The notes below the pieces were generated by a model. It saw nothing but the letters and a program-made list of their open reading frames with translations, did no database searches and had not been told where the DNA came from. A stretch of DNA of 64,000 nucleotides from the NCBI RefSeq assembly GCF_009914755.1, contig NC_060927.1, one strand, 5' to 3'. Position 1 is the first letter of the stretch. Each line of letters begins with the position of its first letter. A program made the position numbers and the translations under genes. Shown here one piece after another: positions 1 through 13,892 of this stretch. The stretch comes from the human T2T-CHM13v2.0 reference genome, Homo sapiens.

Positions 1-3000
1 ATAGATTGTGAATATTAGACCTTGTCAGATGTATAGTTTGTAAATATTTTCTCCCATTCTGTAGGCTGTTTGTTTACTCTGTTGACATTTTCTTTTGATG
101 TGCAGAAGCTCTTTAATTTAATTAAGTTTCATTTGTCAATTTTTGTTTTTATTGCAATTACTTTTGTCATCTTCATCATTAAATCTTTGCCAAGGCCTAT
201 GTGTAGAATGATATTTCCTAGATTACCTTCCAGGATTTTTATTGTTTTAGGTTTTACATTTAAGTCTTTAATCCATCTTGAGTTGATTTTTGTATATGGT
301 ATAAGGAAGGGGTCCAGTTTCAATCTTCTGCATATGGCTAGCCAGTTATCCCAACACCATTTATTGAATAGGAAGTCTTTCCCCACTGCTTGTTTTTGTC
401 AACTTTGTCCAAGATCGGATGGTTGTAGGTGTGTGACTTCATTCCTGGGCTCTCTGTTCTGTTCCATTGTTCTGTGTGTCTGTTTTTTGTACCAGTACAT
501 ACTGTTTTAGTTATGGTATCCTTTTGATATAGTTTGAAGTCAGGTGATGTGATGCCTCTAACTTTGTTCTTTTGCTTAAGATTGCCTTGGCTATTAGGGC
601 TCTATTTAAGGTTCATATGAATTTTAAAATAGTTTTTTGTAATACTGTGAAGAATGTTATTATTAGTTTGATAGGAATAGCATTGAATATGTAAATTGCT
701 TTGGGCAGTATGACTGTTTTAACAATATTGGTTCTTCCTAATCATGAGTATGAAATATTTTTTCTATTTGCTTGTGTAATCTCTGATTTCTTTGAGCAAT
801 GTTTTGTAATTCTCACTGTACAGAATTTTCACTCCCTGGTTAACTATATTCCCAGGTGTTTTGTTCTTTCCGTGGCTATTGTGAAAGAGATTGCATTCTT
901 GATTTGGCCCTCAGCTTGGACATTGATGGTTTATAGAAATGCTACTGATTTTTGTACATTAATTTTGTAGGCTGAAGCTTTGCTGATGTCATTTATCAGA
1001 TTTAGGAGCTTTTGAATAGAGATTGTGGGGTTTTCTAGATATAGACTCATATTATCTACAAACAGATAGTTTGATTTCTTCTCCTATTTGGATGCCTTTT
1101 ATTTCTTTGTCTTTCTTGATTGCCCTGCCTAGGACTTACAGTACTTTGTTGAATAGAAATGGTGAGAATGGGCATCCTTGTCTTGTTCTGTTTCTCAAGG
1201 GGAATGCTACAGCTTTTTTTTTTTGTTCAGTATGATGTTGGCTGTGGGTTTGTCAGAGATGCCTCATTATTTTGAGATATGTTCCTTCAATGCCTAGTTT
1301 GTTGTGGAGGATTTTTAACATGAACATATGTTGAATTTTCTCAAAAATCTTTTCTTCGTCTATTGAGATGATCATGTGGTTTTTGTTTTCAGTTCTGTTT
1401 CTGTGGTGAATCACATTTATTGATTTGTGTATGTTGAACCAACCTTACATCCCAGTAATAAAGCCTACTTGATCATGGTGGTTTAGCTTTTTGTTGTGCT
1501 GCTGGATTTGGTTTGCTAGCATTTTATCCTGGATTTTTGCATCTATGTTCATCAGGGTATTGTTGTGTCTCTGCCATATTTTGGTATCAGGATGATGCTG
1601 GCCTCATAGAGTGAGTTAGGGAGGAGTCCCTCCTCCTTAATTTTTTGGAATAGTTTCCATAGGAATGGTACCAGGTCTTCTTTATACATCTGGAAGAATT
1701 CAGCTGTGAATCTCTCTGGTATGGGACTTTTTCTTGTTGGTAGGCTTTTTATCACTGATTCAGTTTTGGACCTCATTACTGGTCTGTTTTCAAGAGTTCA
1801 TTTTCTTCCTGGTTCAATGTTGGGAGGTTGTAGATTTCTAGGAATGTATCAGTTTCTTCCAGGTTTTTCAGTTTGTGTGCATAGATATGTTTGTAGTAGT
1901 CTCTGAGGATTTTTTTTTATTTCTATAGGGTTGGTGGTAATGTCCGATTTGTTATTTCTAATTGTGTTTATTTGGGTCTTCTCATTTTTTTCTTTATTAT
2001 TCTAGCTAGTGGTGTATCAGTCTTATTTACTCTTTTAAAAAACCAACTCCTGAATTCATTAATCTTTTGGAGGTTTTTCACATCTCAGTTTCATTCAGTT
2101 CAGCTCTGATTTTGGTTAGTTCTTGTCTTCAGCTTTGGGGTTGGTTTGCCTCTTGTTTTTCTAATTCTTGTAGTTGTGATGTTAGGTTGTTAATTTGAGA
2201 TCTAACTTTTTGATGTGAACATCTAGCACTATAAACTTTCCTCTTAACACTACTTTAGCTGTGTCCCAGAGATTCTGGTATGTTTTATCTTTGTTCTCAT
2301 TAGTTTCAAAGAATTTCTTGATGTCTAACTTAATTGCATTGCTTACCCAAAAGTCATTCAGGAGAAGATTGTTTAATTTTCATGCACTTATATGGTTTTT
2401 AGAGATCTCCTTAGAGATTTCTGTTTTTATTGTGCTGTGGACTGAGAGCTTGGTTCGTATGATTTCGATTTTTTTTCAGTTTGCTGAGAATTTGTGTTGT
2501 GGCTGATTGTATGTTTGATTTTAGAGTATGTGCCATGTGGCAATGAGAAGAATGTATATTCTGTTGTTTGAGGTGGAGAGTTCTGTAGATGTCTGTCGGG
2601 TCCTTTTGGTCAAATGTCAAGTTCAAGTCCTGAATATCTGTTTTCTGCCTCGGTGCTCTGTCTGATACTGTCAGTGGGGTGTTGAAGTCTCTCATTATTA
2701 TTGTGTGGTTATCTAAGTCTCTTTGTAGGTCTCTCAGAACATGGTGCTTCTGTGTTGGGTGCATATATATTTAGGATAGTTAGGTCTTCTTGTTGAATTG
2801 AACCCTTTACCATTATGTAGTGCCCTTCTTTGTCTTTTTTGATTATTGTTGGTAAAAAGTCTGTTTGGTCTGAAATTAGAATAGTGCCCCTGCTTTTTCC
2901 TGTTTTCCATTTTTGTGGCAGATTTTTCTCATTCCTTTTACTTTGAGCCTATGTGTGCCATTGCATGTGAGATGGGTCTTTTGAAGACAGCATATAGTTG

Positions 3001-5731
3001 GGCCTTGCTTCTTTATCCAACTCGACACAGTGCCTTTTAATTGTGGCATTTGGTCTGTTTACATTCAAGGTTAATATTGATATGTGTGGACTTGATCCTG
3101 TCGTCATGTTATTAGCTGGGGTTATTATATAGACTTGATTGTGTAGTTGTTTTATAGTGTCAACGGTCTATGTATTTAAGTGTGCTTTTGTGGTAGTTGG
3201 TAACTGTCTTTCCTTTTCATATTTAGCACTCCCTAAAGGACCTTTTGTAAGGTGGGTCTGATGGTAATGAATTTCCTTAGAATTTGCTTGTCTTAAAAGG
3301 ATCTCAGGGTTTTTTGTTGTTGTTGTGTTTTTGTTTTTTGTTTATGAAGCTTAGTTGGCTGGGTATGAAATTCTTGATTGGAATTTTGTTTCTTTAAAAA
3401 TGCTGGATATAGGCCCCCTATGTCTTCTGGCTTGTAGAATTTCTGTTGAGAGGTCTGCCATTAGCCTGATGGGGTTCCCTTCGTAGGTGACCTGTCCCTT
3501 CTCTCTAGCTGCCTTTAGCATTTTTTCTTTCATTTTGACCTTGGAGAATCTGAGGACTGTGTCTTGGGGATGCTCATCTTTGTATAGTATCTCACAAGGG
3601 TTCTCTGCACTTCCTGATTTTGAATATTGGCCTCTCTAGCAAGGTGGGGAAAATTTTTATAGACAATATCCTTAAATATATGTTCCAAATTGCTTGCTTT
3701 CTCTCCCTCTCTTTAAGAGATGCCAGTGAGTCATAGATTTGGTCTCTTTACATAATTCTTGCTTTCTGTCCCTCTCTTTCACATATACCAGTGAGTCATA
3801 GATTTGGTCTCTTTACATAATTCCATATTTTTGGAGGTTCATTCTTTTTTATCCTTTTTTCTTTATTTTTGTCTGAGTTAATTTGGAGAACCAGCATTTG
3901 AGCTTTGAAATTTTTTCCACAGCTTGGTCTATTCTGGTATTACTATTTGCAATTGTATTATGAAATTCTGGAAGTGAGTTTTTCAGCTCTATCAGATCAG
4001 TTTGGTCCTTTCTTAAAATGGCCATTTCATATTTCAGTTCCTGTATTGTTTTATTGTATTCCTTAGATTTCTTGGATTGGGTTTTGACTTTCTCCTGAAT
4101 CTCAATGATCTTTTCTATCCATATTCTGAATTCTACGTCTGTCATTTCAGCCAAGTTAAGAATCATTGCTGGGGAACTTGTGCAGTTATTTGGAGGTAAG
4201 AAGACACTCTGACTTTTTGAGTTGCCAGAGTTCTTGTGCTGGTTCTTTCTCATATTTGTGGGCTGATGTTCCTTCAATCTTTGAAGTTGCTTTCTTGTGG
4301 ATGGGTTTTTTGCTTTTATCGTCTTTGATGCCCTTGGGAGTTTGATTGTGGTACAGGGTGGTTTCAGGCATCTGGCTTTGTTTATGGAATAAGCTGAGCT
4401 GTGTGCTCTAACTCTAGAGGCTGGTACCAGTGCCTGAGCTTTGTTCTCTGGACCCTTGAGGTTAGGAACCTGCTGCACTAGGGGGGTGTTGAGGTGTTCC
4501 CGGTCTGCTAGCCACAACATGCCAATAGTTGGTGCTGGCCAAAGAGTTCTGTTGGGGCAATGGCAGTGGGATCTGTGTTCACGCGCACATGCCATCAGCT
4601 GAGACATAGTCATGGGGTATACATGTGTCAGCTGGGGTGGAGCACCATTGGGAATGGAGTGATGGCATTCCTGCACCCACTCGTGCTGGTGGCAGTGATG
4701 GCATGGCTGGGTGGGGTGCAAGCAGGGGTGGGGTTGCCAGCATTTGTGTGTGTGCTTGTGCTGGTGGCAGCAGGGGAGGGATTTCCAACATCTGTGCATG
4801 CATTTGTGGTGGCAGCATGGTGGGGTGCCCACACATTGGTGGAGGGGGCAGTGGGGTACGCTCACACCAGCAGAAGCAGTGCTATGGTGTGTGCACTGGC
4901 GGGGGAGGGAGGGAAGGTCTGTCTACACATGCATGGCAGCCAAACAATTGTAAGAAGGTCATTGGTGAGTGCGTGCTAACAAAACGGCAAAGGGAAGCTT
5001 CAGGTGAGCTGGTGTGTTTTGGCAGGGGCAGGTCTGCTGGAGTTCTCCAACAGTCAACTGTGGCCTGCTGGTGAAAGAGCTATGATGAGGGCCTCTGGGA
5101 AATATCCTGGTTGGGCATCCAAGGCTGCACTGCTAGCAGGCATGGTGAGGGTGGGGCCCCAGGAGAAGCCAGCAGACACAGGAGTGCTCAGATTGGACTG
5201 GCCCCATTCCACAGGCAAGATTGCCCTGCTCTGCCTAGGTCCAACAGTCTCCCTAAGGTTAAAGTCTCCTAAAGGAGCATGGTGAGCCTTGGGGAATTGG
5301 CATGTCTTGTCCCTGGCTCCACTGCAGATGTTTCTACACCAAACCCTCTTGGCTCTGCACAGGCTGGAATCTCACCCCGTCCACCTCTCTGAACAGTTCT
5401 CCCTGCCAGCTCAAGTGTCCTTTGAGATCTTGGGGTCTCCTGCTGCTAGAATTCCAGAGGTTGATGGCAAGAGTGGGCCATTCCTCACCTATTCAACTCA
5501 CCCTTTCTCAGAGTCACTGGGGCTAGGAATGAGTCTTGGTTCTTGACAGCCCCACGCAGGGCTCCCAGCTTCTTCCCCTTACAGCTAAGCATCTGGGTCC
5601 TCCCTCTATCCACTCTCAATGCCTTCTCTCCAAAGATCTGCTTGGAGTGTCCCAGTCTTCCCAGTGTCCCCGTCTCTTGATGGGATATGTTCCTCTTGGC
5701 TGTGTCTAGGCAGCCATTTTGGCTTGGGCCC
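1..5731 (-). mobile_element. Old primate LINE-1 (L1PB / L1PA13-16 age): 5'UTR, ORF1 and most of ORF2, degenerate; continues past the window start
   Basis: Minus-strand fragments match L1 ORF2 (129-386 [15 protein letters not shown]..., 1552-1776 ...[11 protein letters not shown]..., 2411-2764 ...DLQRDLDNHTII...) and ORF1 (ATG ~4253 MRKNQHKNSGNSK...; 3351-3533 MKEKMLKAAREKGQVTY). 5' end reads GGGCCCAAGCCAAAATGGCTG (YY1-like motif) at ~5711-5731. Confidence 0.9.
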
Positions 5732-6880
5732 TTGTTTTTTATCTCTAGCATTTCTTTTTGGTTCTGTCTTAGGATTTAAGAAATCCTAAGATTTCTTATG
5801 AAATGTGGTTCTTTCTTAGGATTTAAGAAATCCTAAGATTTCTGCTTATGTTGCCCATCTTTTTGTACATGCTATCTACTTTATCCATTAGAGTTAGCAT
5901 AATCATAGTTGTTTTAAATTCCCAGTCTGATAATTTCAACATCCCTGCCTTGTCTTGTTCTGGTACTTTGTCTCTTCAAAGTGTGTTTTTTACCTTTTAA
6001 TATGTCTTATAATTTTTGTTTTGATAACCAAACATGTTACACTGAGTAAAAACTCTGCTGTAAATGGGCCTTTAGTAATGTTGCAGTAAGTGTAGGGGGA
6101 GGAGAAGCATTCTACACTCCTAGGAATAAGTTCTCTGCTTTTAAATGTGTCTGTGCCTCTGGCTGTGAACTTTGTAAGCCTTTCTCAGTTCTCAGTTTCT
6201 CAGGGGCAAGATGGCTAAAGTGGGCTATAGTTGGGTATTTCCCTTCTCTCATGTTGAGTGGGCTAGAGCTGGTTATTTTTCTTCTTCCACATGGAAGGCT
6301 AGAACTAACTGGAGTTGGACATTTTCTTTCACCTGGGCCAGTTAGGCTCTGATTAGTAGATTAGGCTCTGGTTAACTAACTTCTCCTAAGAGCAAGGCTT
6401 GCTAAGAAGAACAGAGCGCACTGACATAGTTCAAAATGGTTCCTTCTCTTTTCCCCCTACTGGAAGCATGGAGAGCTGTTTCTCCCATATTTACTGGGAT
6501 AACATAGTCAAGCTCCTGGAGGTATATCTCACTCAATTATGGGGACCCTGTATAACTGGGTTTACCTGGAGCTTTTAACTTTCTGATTTGTCCACACTGA
6601 GCCTCCAGGAATTCATCAGTTACAGTTCATGTTTTCCTACCCCAGCACTGGTCCCCGCAATGGTTTCTACTTGTGAGTTTCCTCTGGTAAGCCATGACTC
6701 CATGGATTTGCCTGCCTGTGTCTCCAATCTTGGGGGCAGAGGTTTGCCCTGTGTCCTCACCTCTCTAATGGATCCTAAAAGAGTTGTTGATTTTTTTAAA
6801 ACTCTGTTCAGCCTTTTACTTATTAGGAGGGAGTGATGCCTTCTAAGTGACTTTCATGGAAAATGAGAAACTAGAAGTCC
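5732..6880 (-). mobile_element. Ancient L1M (L1MC/MD-like) 5' end fragment
   Basis: Resembles recalled L1M 5'UTR/ORF1-start consensus and terminates in ...GAGAAACTAGAAGTC, like the GACTTCCGG start of old L1M 5' ends on the minus strand. Confidence 0.55.
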
Positions 6881-8517
6881 TCCACCTTTCTTCGTATCCT
6901 GTACCTCCTATTTTGGGATTAAAAATAGCCTCCCAAGTTATATCAACTTTCAAGAAATATAAACCAAACCCTCAATAAACAAGTGTTAACTCTTGTTGCC
7001 TTCAGTATCCTTTACTGAGCCACTGCGTTTGCAGAGAATAGTGCTTACTGCTGTAAAGTGGAGAGAGAAATAGAATAGTCTTTGCCTTTGAGAGACTGAA
7101 AGTCTATTTCATTTGAAAATATATTTGTTCCCGAACTCTTTGTCAAAAGGATTTGAAAATCAAGTTGCCAGTTGATGCATATGTGTAGCACATTTTGCTG
7201 AGCAGGGCTTAACTCATTAGAGTTATCTGAGAGACATTTATTTAATCCCCTTTTACATAAAATGCAATATATAGTAAGGCTAATAACAAAGTAATATCTA
7301 TAGAAAGTGAAGATCAAAGGGAAGGTGAGGAAGTCAGTGTGCTGACCATAGTTGTTGTGTGAATATATAGTTTGAGCTTCCAGGAAGCCAGGTCAAAAAG
7401 GGAAAACATGATACAATTCCTAGTTCTCATTATCAAGAATGCAAATGTGCTGCCAGTTCTTCAGGGAAGACAGAGCTTATCATGTGATGTTTTATATAGA
7501 GCATATTGAGCACAGCAATATCTTCAATAGTTCTGCATGAACTGCAGTGTGAATTTTGTAAAGGCGGTTTCTTTGGTGACAAAAAGCTGTTCTATAATGA
7601 ACTAAACTATGTAGCCTTCCAAGGGTCTAACGTTATTCAGTGGTAAAATTTCAAGTACCTAGAGAATTTATAATCTGTTGGTTTTAATTAAAATTAAATG
7701 TTTGCTTCTCACTTTTTAAAATTAAAAATATGTGACACTTGAAGAAGGAAAAATAACTGAAGGCAGATTTTGATTTAAATTCTCAGAGGAATAAATGACA
7801 GGAATGCCCTTGGCTGATTTGATGAGTATGCTTCTCTACTGTCATGCATTAATTAACTGTGTTTTGACTTTCTATTTTTATGGTCACCTCTTAATCAAGG
7901 AGTGTTAAAGCACAATTACTATTATTGATATTCTAAGAAAGGCAAGATGCAGAATAGCATCCATTAGTAACTCAACATGGAGCCTCATCAGTCTTTAGTA
8001 AGGGGTTCTGCTGGGTTGGTTTGCCTATTCTTTAGGCAGTAGAATCTTACCCATAATAGTCAAGAAAGTCTTAATACAATAAAACAGTTCTTAACTCAGA
8101 ATTGTCTAAAGCAGCTCAAGGATTTGTTGTGTGTAATCAACTTTACACTCTGGCATGAGAATAATTTATGAATGCAAAAATAGATAAAAACAAATTCTGA
8201 TGGCTAAGTGAATGGGGGCAGAGGACAAGAGTAAGTGAACACAATAAATTTACACCCCTGTCTTTAAGAATTAGGAATTACCCTCTCACTGTATGACTTC
8301 TCCCATCTGGTCTACATTTTTCTCTTCCTTATATGGTACACATTTTGTTGATGGTCTTCTGCATGTCCCATTCTACTCTGAACTAGGATAATCTATTCTT
8401 TGTAACAGAGTCCTTTTATAATTTGCAAAAGTTTATACACGCACCTGAGGATTCTCAAGACTCAATTTAAGTGTAATTGCCATTGGATGATTTCTATAAC
8501 CTGTGCATCATCTAACG

Positions 8518-8867
8518 CAGCTGTCCCTGACTTTTTTGACACCAGGAACTGGTTTTGTGGAAGACAATTTTTCCAAGGATTGGGTGGGGGTAGGGTGGGG
8601 GATGGTTTCAGGATGAAATTGTTCTATCTCAGACCACCAGGTATTAGTTAGAATCTCATAAGGAGCACGCAACCTAGATCCCTTGCATATGCAGTTCACC
8701 ACAGAGTTTGTGTTCCTATGAGAATCTAATGCTGCCACTGGTTTGACAGGAGGCAGAGCTCAGGTGGTAATGCTCTCTCACCTGCTGCTCACCTCCTGCT
8801 GTGTGGCCCGGTTCCTAACAGGCCATGGACTGGTACTGGCCCGCGGCCTAAGGGTTGGGGACCCCTG
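8518..8867 (+). mobile_element. MER1B-like hAT-Charlie non-autonomous DNA transposon
   Basis: Terminal inverted repeats CAGCTGTCCC...GGGGACCCCTG, ~350 bp, internal MER1 motifs (GGAGCACGCAACCTAGATCCC); degenerate 8-bp TSD ATCTAACG / CTCGAACG. Confidence 0.85.
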
Positions 8868-9502
8868 CTCGAACGCACTAGGTGAAATGCTTGGTGTTAC
8901 TTAATCCCCCCAGAATGCTTTCTGCTGTTTGTTTGGCCTGTATCACTCTCTAACTTTGGGATTCTTGTTGTCTGTGTAAGTGTTCTAACTGCTGTGGTCC
9001 TGGGAAAGGCATTTTAAAATTCATTTTTCACATACTCTTTCCTAATTGAATCTTTGGGGGAAGAAACAAAGCAACATAAGCTGGGCTCTGGCATTATTAT
9101 TTGGATTGTTAAAAAAAGTAATCATTGGCATAGAGTCATTTCCTAGTTGAAATCCAGGGTAAAATGGATCTTCTACTGTCAGAAGCATATATGTCTTAAA
9201 ACAACCTCCTCTCCTCCTACTTGCAGTAGCTCAGGAAGATGTTCTCATTAAACACAAGTCCCAAACAGTGATGTTTCATTACGTCTCAAAATTACACCAA
9301 GATTCTTTATGAACTGGAACATCTGGGTACAAGAAAAATGCTTTCTATTTTTTTTTTTTGACAATATTATCTGCCGAAGTGGAAGAATGGATGTTGAGTA
9401 AATTAAGGAAGTGGGTCTTTTGCCAGACAGCCTGAAGAATTCTATAAATAAAACTACCCTTTTGTTCAGAAATAAGAGGGTAAAACATTTTATTTTAAAA
9501 GG

Positions 9503-9762
<260 letters not shown>

Positions 9763-10854
9763 AACCTGTAGATATGATTACATGATTTCCTTATTGCATT
9801 TTTCTATCGAAAAAAAAGACACATGATTTAGACAGGATTCATTGGTTCACTGCCGATTCCCCAGCACAAAGTTCAGTGCTCAATAAATAGCTGTTGGGTG
9901 AGTGAATAGATGAATGAATGAAATATGAGGTCATAAAAAGTATTTATTCTCTATTGTACCCTTGAGTCTCCAAAAGTTTGCTCACTAATTTATGATAATT
10001 CAGATATTTGATTATCCTAAATGGATTGTGATTAGGCTTAAGAAAAATGGGTTCTAGGGACAGTTTTCAGGTGCCCATAGGTTTGTTTTCTCTGGACAAG
10101 ATGCAAGGCTCCAGTGAGGAACTGGGTTTTAATGTGATGATTAATACGAGGTGATTACAGGAGATACCTCATAGACCTCAAAGACTAATTTTCAGGATTA
10201 GATGCGAGATATTTTGTAGACAACTTCACTGATGAACGACTTAGCTATTATCTTCTAAAGATTTTTATTTTAAAAATCCCTTGCATCTCAATTTTTCTTC
10301 TTTGTTTCTTACTTTTACTTTATACATGACAGATATACTTTCAAACTTTAAAGTGAAAAGCGATGTCAGAGGTGCTGATATTCACACCTTTTGAGTGTCA
10401 GCTGCAGGGAGATGTGTTTCTTGGCTGCTTCTAAAACATCTGCAGAAAAAAAATACAGTGTGTATCTGCACAGAAGAATGACAAATGCAGGAAAAGACAG
10501 GAGTCACACAGCAACATTAATGCAGCACCTTAGGCAGTTTGCATCACCCAGACTGTGCCCTAAAATGAAGGTGTTTCATTTTTTAAGCTGTTGTTGTCAA
10601 TACCCTTGACGGGATGTCTGAAAATATGCAGCCTAGTAATTGCTTCTAGCTCCACAGCATGAGCATCATAGACCTCCTTCCTAAGCCATGGTTAGGAGAG
10701 AAGGAAATATCTATTGACCCTGATAGCTATTTTCCCCTCTCATAACTCCCCTGTGGATTAGTGGGGTTCCTGGGATCCCTCATCCTTTGCTTAAGTAAAT
10801 ATGTACAGAATTATATCAGCTTTAGGAGATTTAGAAGCCCTGCACTTTTTTTCA

Positions 10855-11155
10855 AAAAGTTTTTAAACCGATGCATAATATTTATACATATTTATGGGAT
10901 ACATGTGATATTTTGTTACCTGCATTGAGTGTGTAATAAGTCAGGGTATTTAGGATATCCATGACCTAGAGCATTTATCATTTCTATGTGTTGGGAACAT
11001 TTCAAGTCCTCTCTTGTAGCTATTTTGAAATATACAATACATTGTGGTTAACTATAGTCACCCTACTCTGCTGTCAAACATCAGAACTTACTCCTTCTAT
11101 CTACCTGTATATTTGTATCCATTAACCAACCTTTGTTCACCCCCCTCAACCCCAC
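10855..11155 (-). mobile_element. L1MA 3'UTR fragment
   Basis: Matches recalled L1MA 3' end in antisense (TACATATTTATGGG.TACATGTGATATTTTG...GCTATTTTGAAATATACAATAC...). Confidence 0.7.
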
Positions 11156-11904
11156 ACAAGAAAGCCCAAGACTTTTAAATCACTTCTGTGACTTACTAGT
11201 CCTGTAGCTTTGGGCAAATTGCCTAAGTTTTCTGGGCTTCCTCTTCCTGCTCCATTAAATGTAAAAGATCATTAATGCTGCCTACTCTCATTGGTTTATT
11301 ATGAACCTTGAATTAAATGCAACAAAGCAAATAGAAGCACCTTGTTGTATTCTGTGGTGTTGGCTTAATATTGCTGAGTGAATAATGTTAGAAACATGGA
11401 TGATTGTGGAAGAGCAGAAGTGTTACAGAGTGTGCTAAGGCAGCTGACGTTTGCCGCTTGGAAGTGAGACTTGAGAGCAGCACTGAAAGGAATATGTTTG
11501 AAGAGTATAGTTCTTGCAAATATTTGTTGTATGCAAATCAGTAAAATCTAGTGATAAACATCCCAGAGAAGATAAAGATTTAGCAAAAATTGTAAACCAC
11601 TGTCTGTTGTTTTAGAGAGCTGCTGAAAAATTCAATGGAAGCCCACAAAGTCTAGAGATATTTGAATTTATTTTTGATTTGAAATAACTGGTTGGGTAAC
11701 GTATCTTAGGAAAATGTTAGAACCTGCCATAGTTACCAGGTATATATAGAAAAGCTCGGAAGGCAACCAGGCCACAGTCACCCAAGAAGACATGGGTTTT
11801 GTCCATAAAATTTGAATTGTCCAAGAGAGGGCATGTAAAGCCAAAATGGGGAAGGGTGGAGTTGGATGAGGATGTGTCATTGCCCTGAGATGTTAGGAGC
11901 ACGG

Positions 11905-12085
11905 TTCTTTAAGTCAGGGAGACTTGGACTCCGATTTTTCTTGCCACTAAACAATTTTATGATCTTGGGCAGGTTGCTTTACCTCTTCAAGGTTTAATTT
12001 AGTCATCTATAAAATGTGGATAACAATGCCTGCTTTCCAGGGTTGAAATAATTAGATAACACGTTAAGTGATTAGCATAATGGAC
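11905..12085 (+). mobile_element. MIR SINE (another MIR-like piece at ~11175-11330)
   Basis: MIR core: ATCTTGGGCAGGTTGCTTTACCTCT...TCATCTATAAAATG.GGATAACAATGCCT. Confidence 0.6.
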
Positions 12086-12569
12086 TCATGGAAAGCCATG
12101 ACCTTGGGGCAATGGGGGAGTGAGGGTGGGATAATCATTGTAGACATGAGCCCATTTTACAGATGAAACAAGTATCTTCTAAGCTTCAACATATGTACAG
12201 AGAAGACCTAGAATCCAAATTTCCTGAGAACTAGTCCAGGCAATTTATGTATAGTGTGGGTACCAGGGTGAGTGTGGGCTCCAGGGCTCCTTCCTCTGAG
12301 GAATCTATTCATAGCCTGAATCTGTTTCTTTAGAAGACACTTAATATTTATTGAATGGTCAGTCAACTCAGCCTCATAATTGTACCTTCTACATCTGTAA
12401 CAAACAGCACAAACTCAAGTTGATCCCTACTAATCTAGAATAGGGCCAAGGGTGATTCAGCCAAGTTTCAGAACCCCTAAGATGCTCATGAGCACCTGTT
12501 TCAGAATAGTTCAAATAGGAAGGCTAAAAATTAGAGGTAAGGGAAGTAGACAAAAGTTTTTTTAAAAAC

Positions 12570-13367
12570 TTTTTTTTAGTTCAGGGGTACATGTGCAGCT
12601 TTGTTATACAGGTAAACTCGTGTCGGGGGGTTTGTTGTGTAGATTATTTCATCACCCAGGTACTAAGCCTACTACCCAATAATAGTTATTTTTTCCACTC
12701 CTCTTCCTCCTCCCACCCTCCACCTTCTAGTAGGCCCCAGCGTCTGTTGTTCCCCTCTTTGGGTCCATGTGTTCTCATCATTTAGCTTCCACTTACAAGT
12801 GAGAACATGTGACATTTGGTTTTCTATTACTGTGTTAGTTCACTAAGGATTATGGCCTCCAGCTCCATCTATATTGCTGCAAAGGACATGATCTCACTTT
12901 TTACAGCTGCATAGTATTCCATGGTGTATATGTACCACATTTTCTTTATCCATTCTACCATTGATCAGCATTGAGGTTGATTCCATGTCTGCTATTGTAA
13001 ATGGTGCTGCAGTGAATATACACATGCATGTATCTTTATGATAGAATGATTTATATTCCTTTGGTTACATACCCAGTAATGGTATCACTGGGTCGAATGG
13101 TAGTTCTATTTTAGCTTTTTGAGGAATCTCCACACTGCTTTCCACAATGGTTAAACTAATTTACCTCCCACCAGCAGTGTGTAAGTGTTCTCTTTTCTCT
13201 GCAACCTCACCAGGATCTGTTATTTTTTGACTTTATAATCACAGCCATTCTGACTGGTGTGAGATGCTATCTCATGATGGTTTTGATTTGCATTTCTCTA
13301 ATGATCCATGATCTTGAGTTTTTTTTCATATGTTTGTTGGCCACACGTATATCTTCTTCTGAAAAGT
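12570..13367 (-). mobile_element. 5'-truncated L1PA (older, ~L1PA13-16) 3' end
   Basis: T tract followed by TTCAGGGGTACATGTGCAG...GTGAGAACATG...GCATAGTATTCCATGGTGTATATGTACCACATTTTC, the antisense L1 3'UTR/ORF2 end. Confidence 0.85.
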
Positions 13368-13859
13368 AAGACATAGGAAGTTTTCACTATGTTATAGACA
13401 GAGCAACACATCTGAAAATGTTCATATTACCATGTCTCCATGCAAAATTTTGCTGTTTTAAACCAACACAAACAAAACAATCTTAGGAATTTTCAAGAAG
13501 GGGACTTTACAACAAACACTGCTTTTACAACAGTAGCATTTTAGCGCAAAGTTGGAATAACAGTTTTGCCCCACAGGTTTACATATGAACCAAGTAGCAT
13601 TTCAACATTGTGCGTTTTCCTAACAATAAATGAATTGGCAATTTTTAAAACTCATTTAAAAGGTTTTCAAGTTAAGGTATATTTACTTTTCAGTACAATA
13701 TATTGGGAAATAGATGTCAGCTGCCAACTCAATAATGCTGGCATTTATTCTTGTAATGACATCTAATTCTCTTTGTTTAACTATACCCAGTATTCTGATT
13801 GGTAATCTCCAGATTCTTCTCCAGAAATATCTCATTGCTTTCTTCCAATTTATCCATGG

Positions 13860-13868
<9 letters not shown>

Positions 13869-13892
<24 letters not shown>
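13869..13892. repeat. (GT)n microsatellite
   Basis: About 12 GT units seen directly. Confidence 0.95.

Noticed and set aside
70-1906. Hydrophobic plus-strand ORFs (e.g. 70-510, 701-970)
   Set aside because: Antisense translations of A-rich L1 ORF2; the apparent transmembrane character is compositional.
3849-4865. 338-aa minus-strand ORF with a His/Cys/Pro-rich N-terminus
   Set aside because: It is repetitive L1 5'UTR read in frame into the start of L1 ORF1 (true ATG ~4253) and begins at a non-ATG codon; not a host gene.
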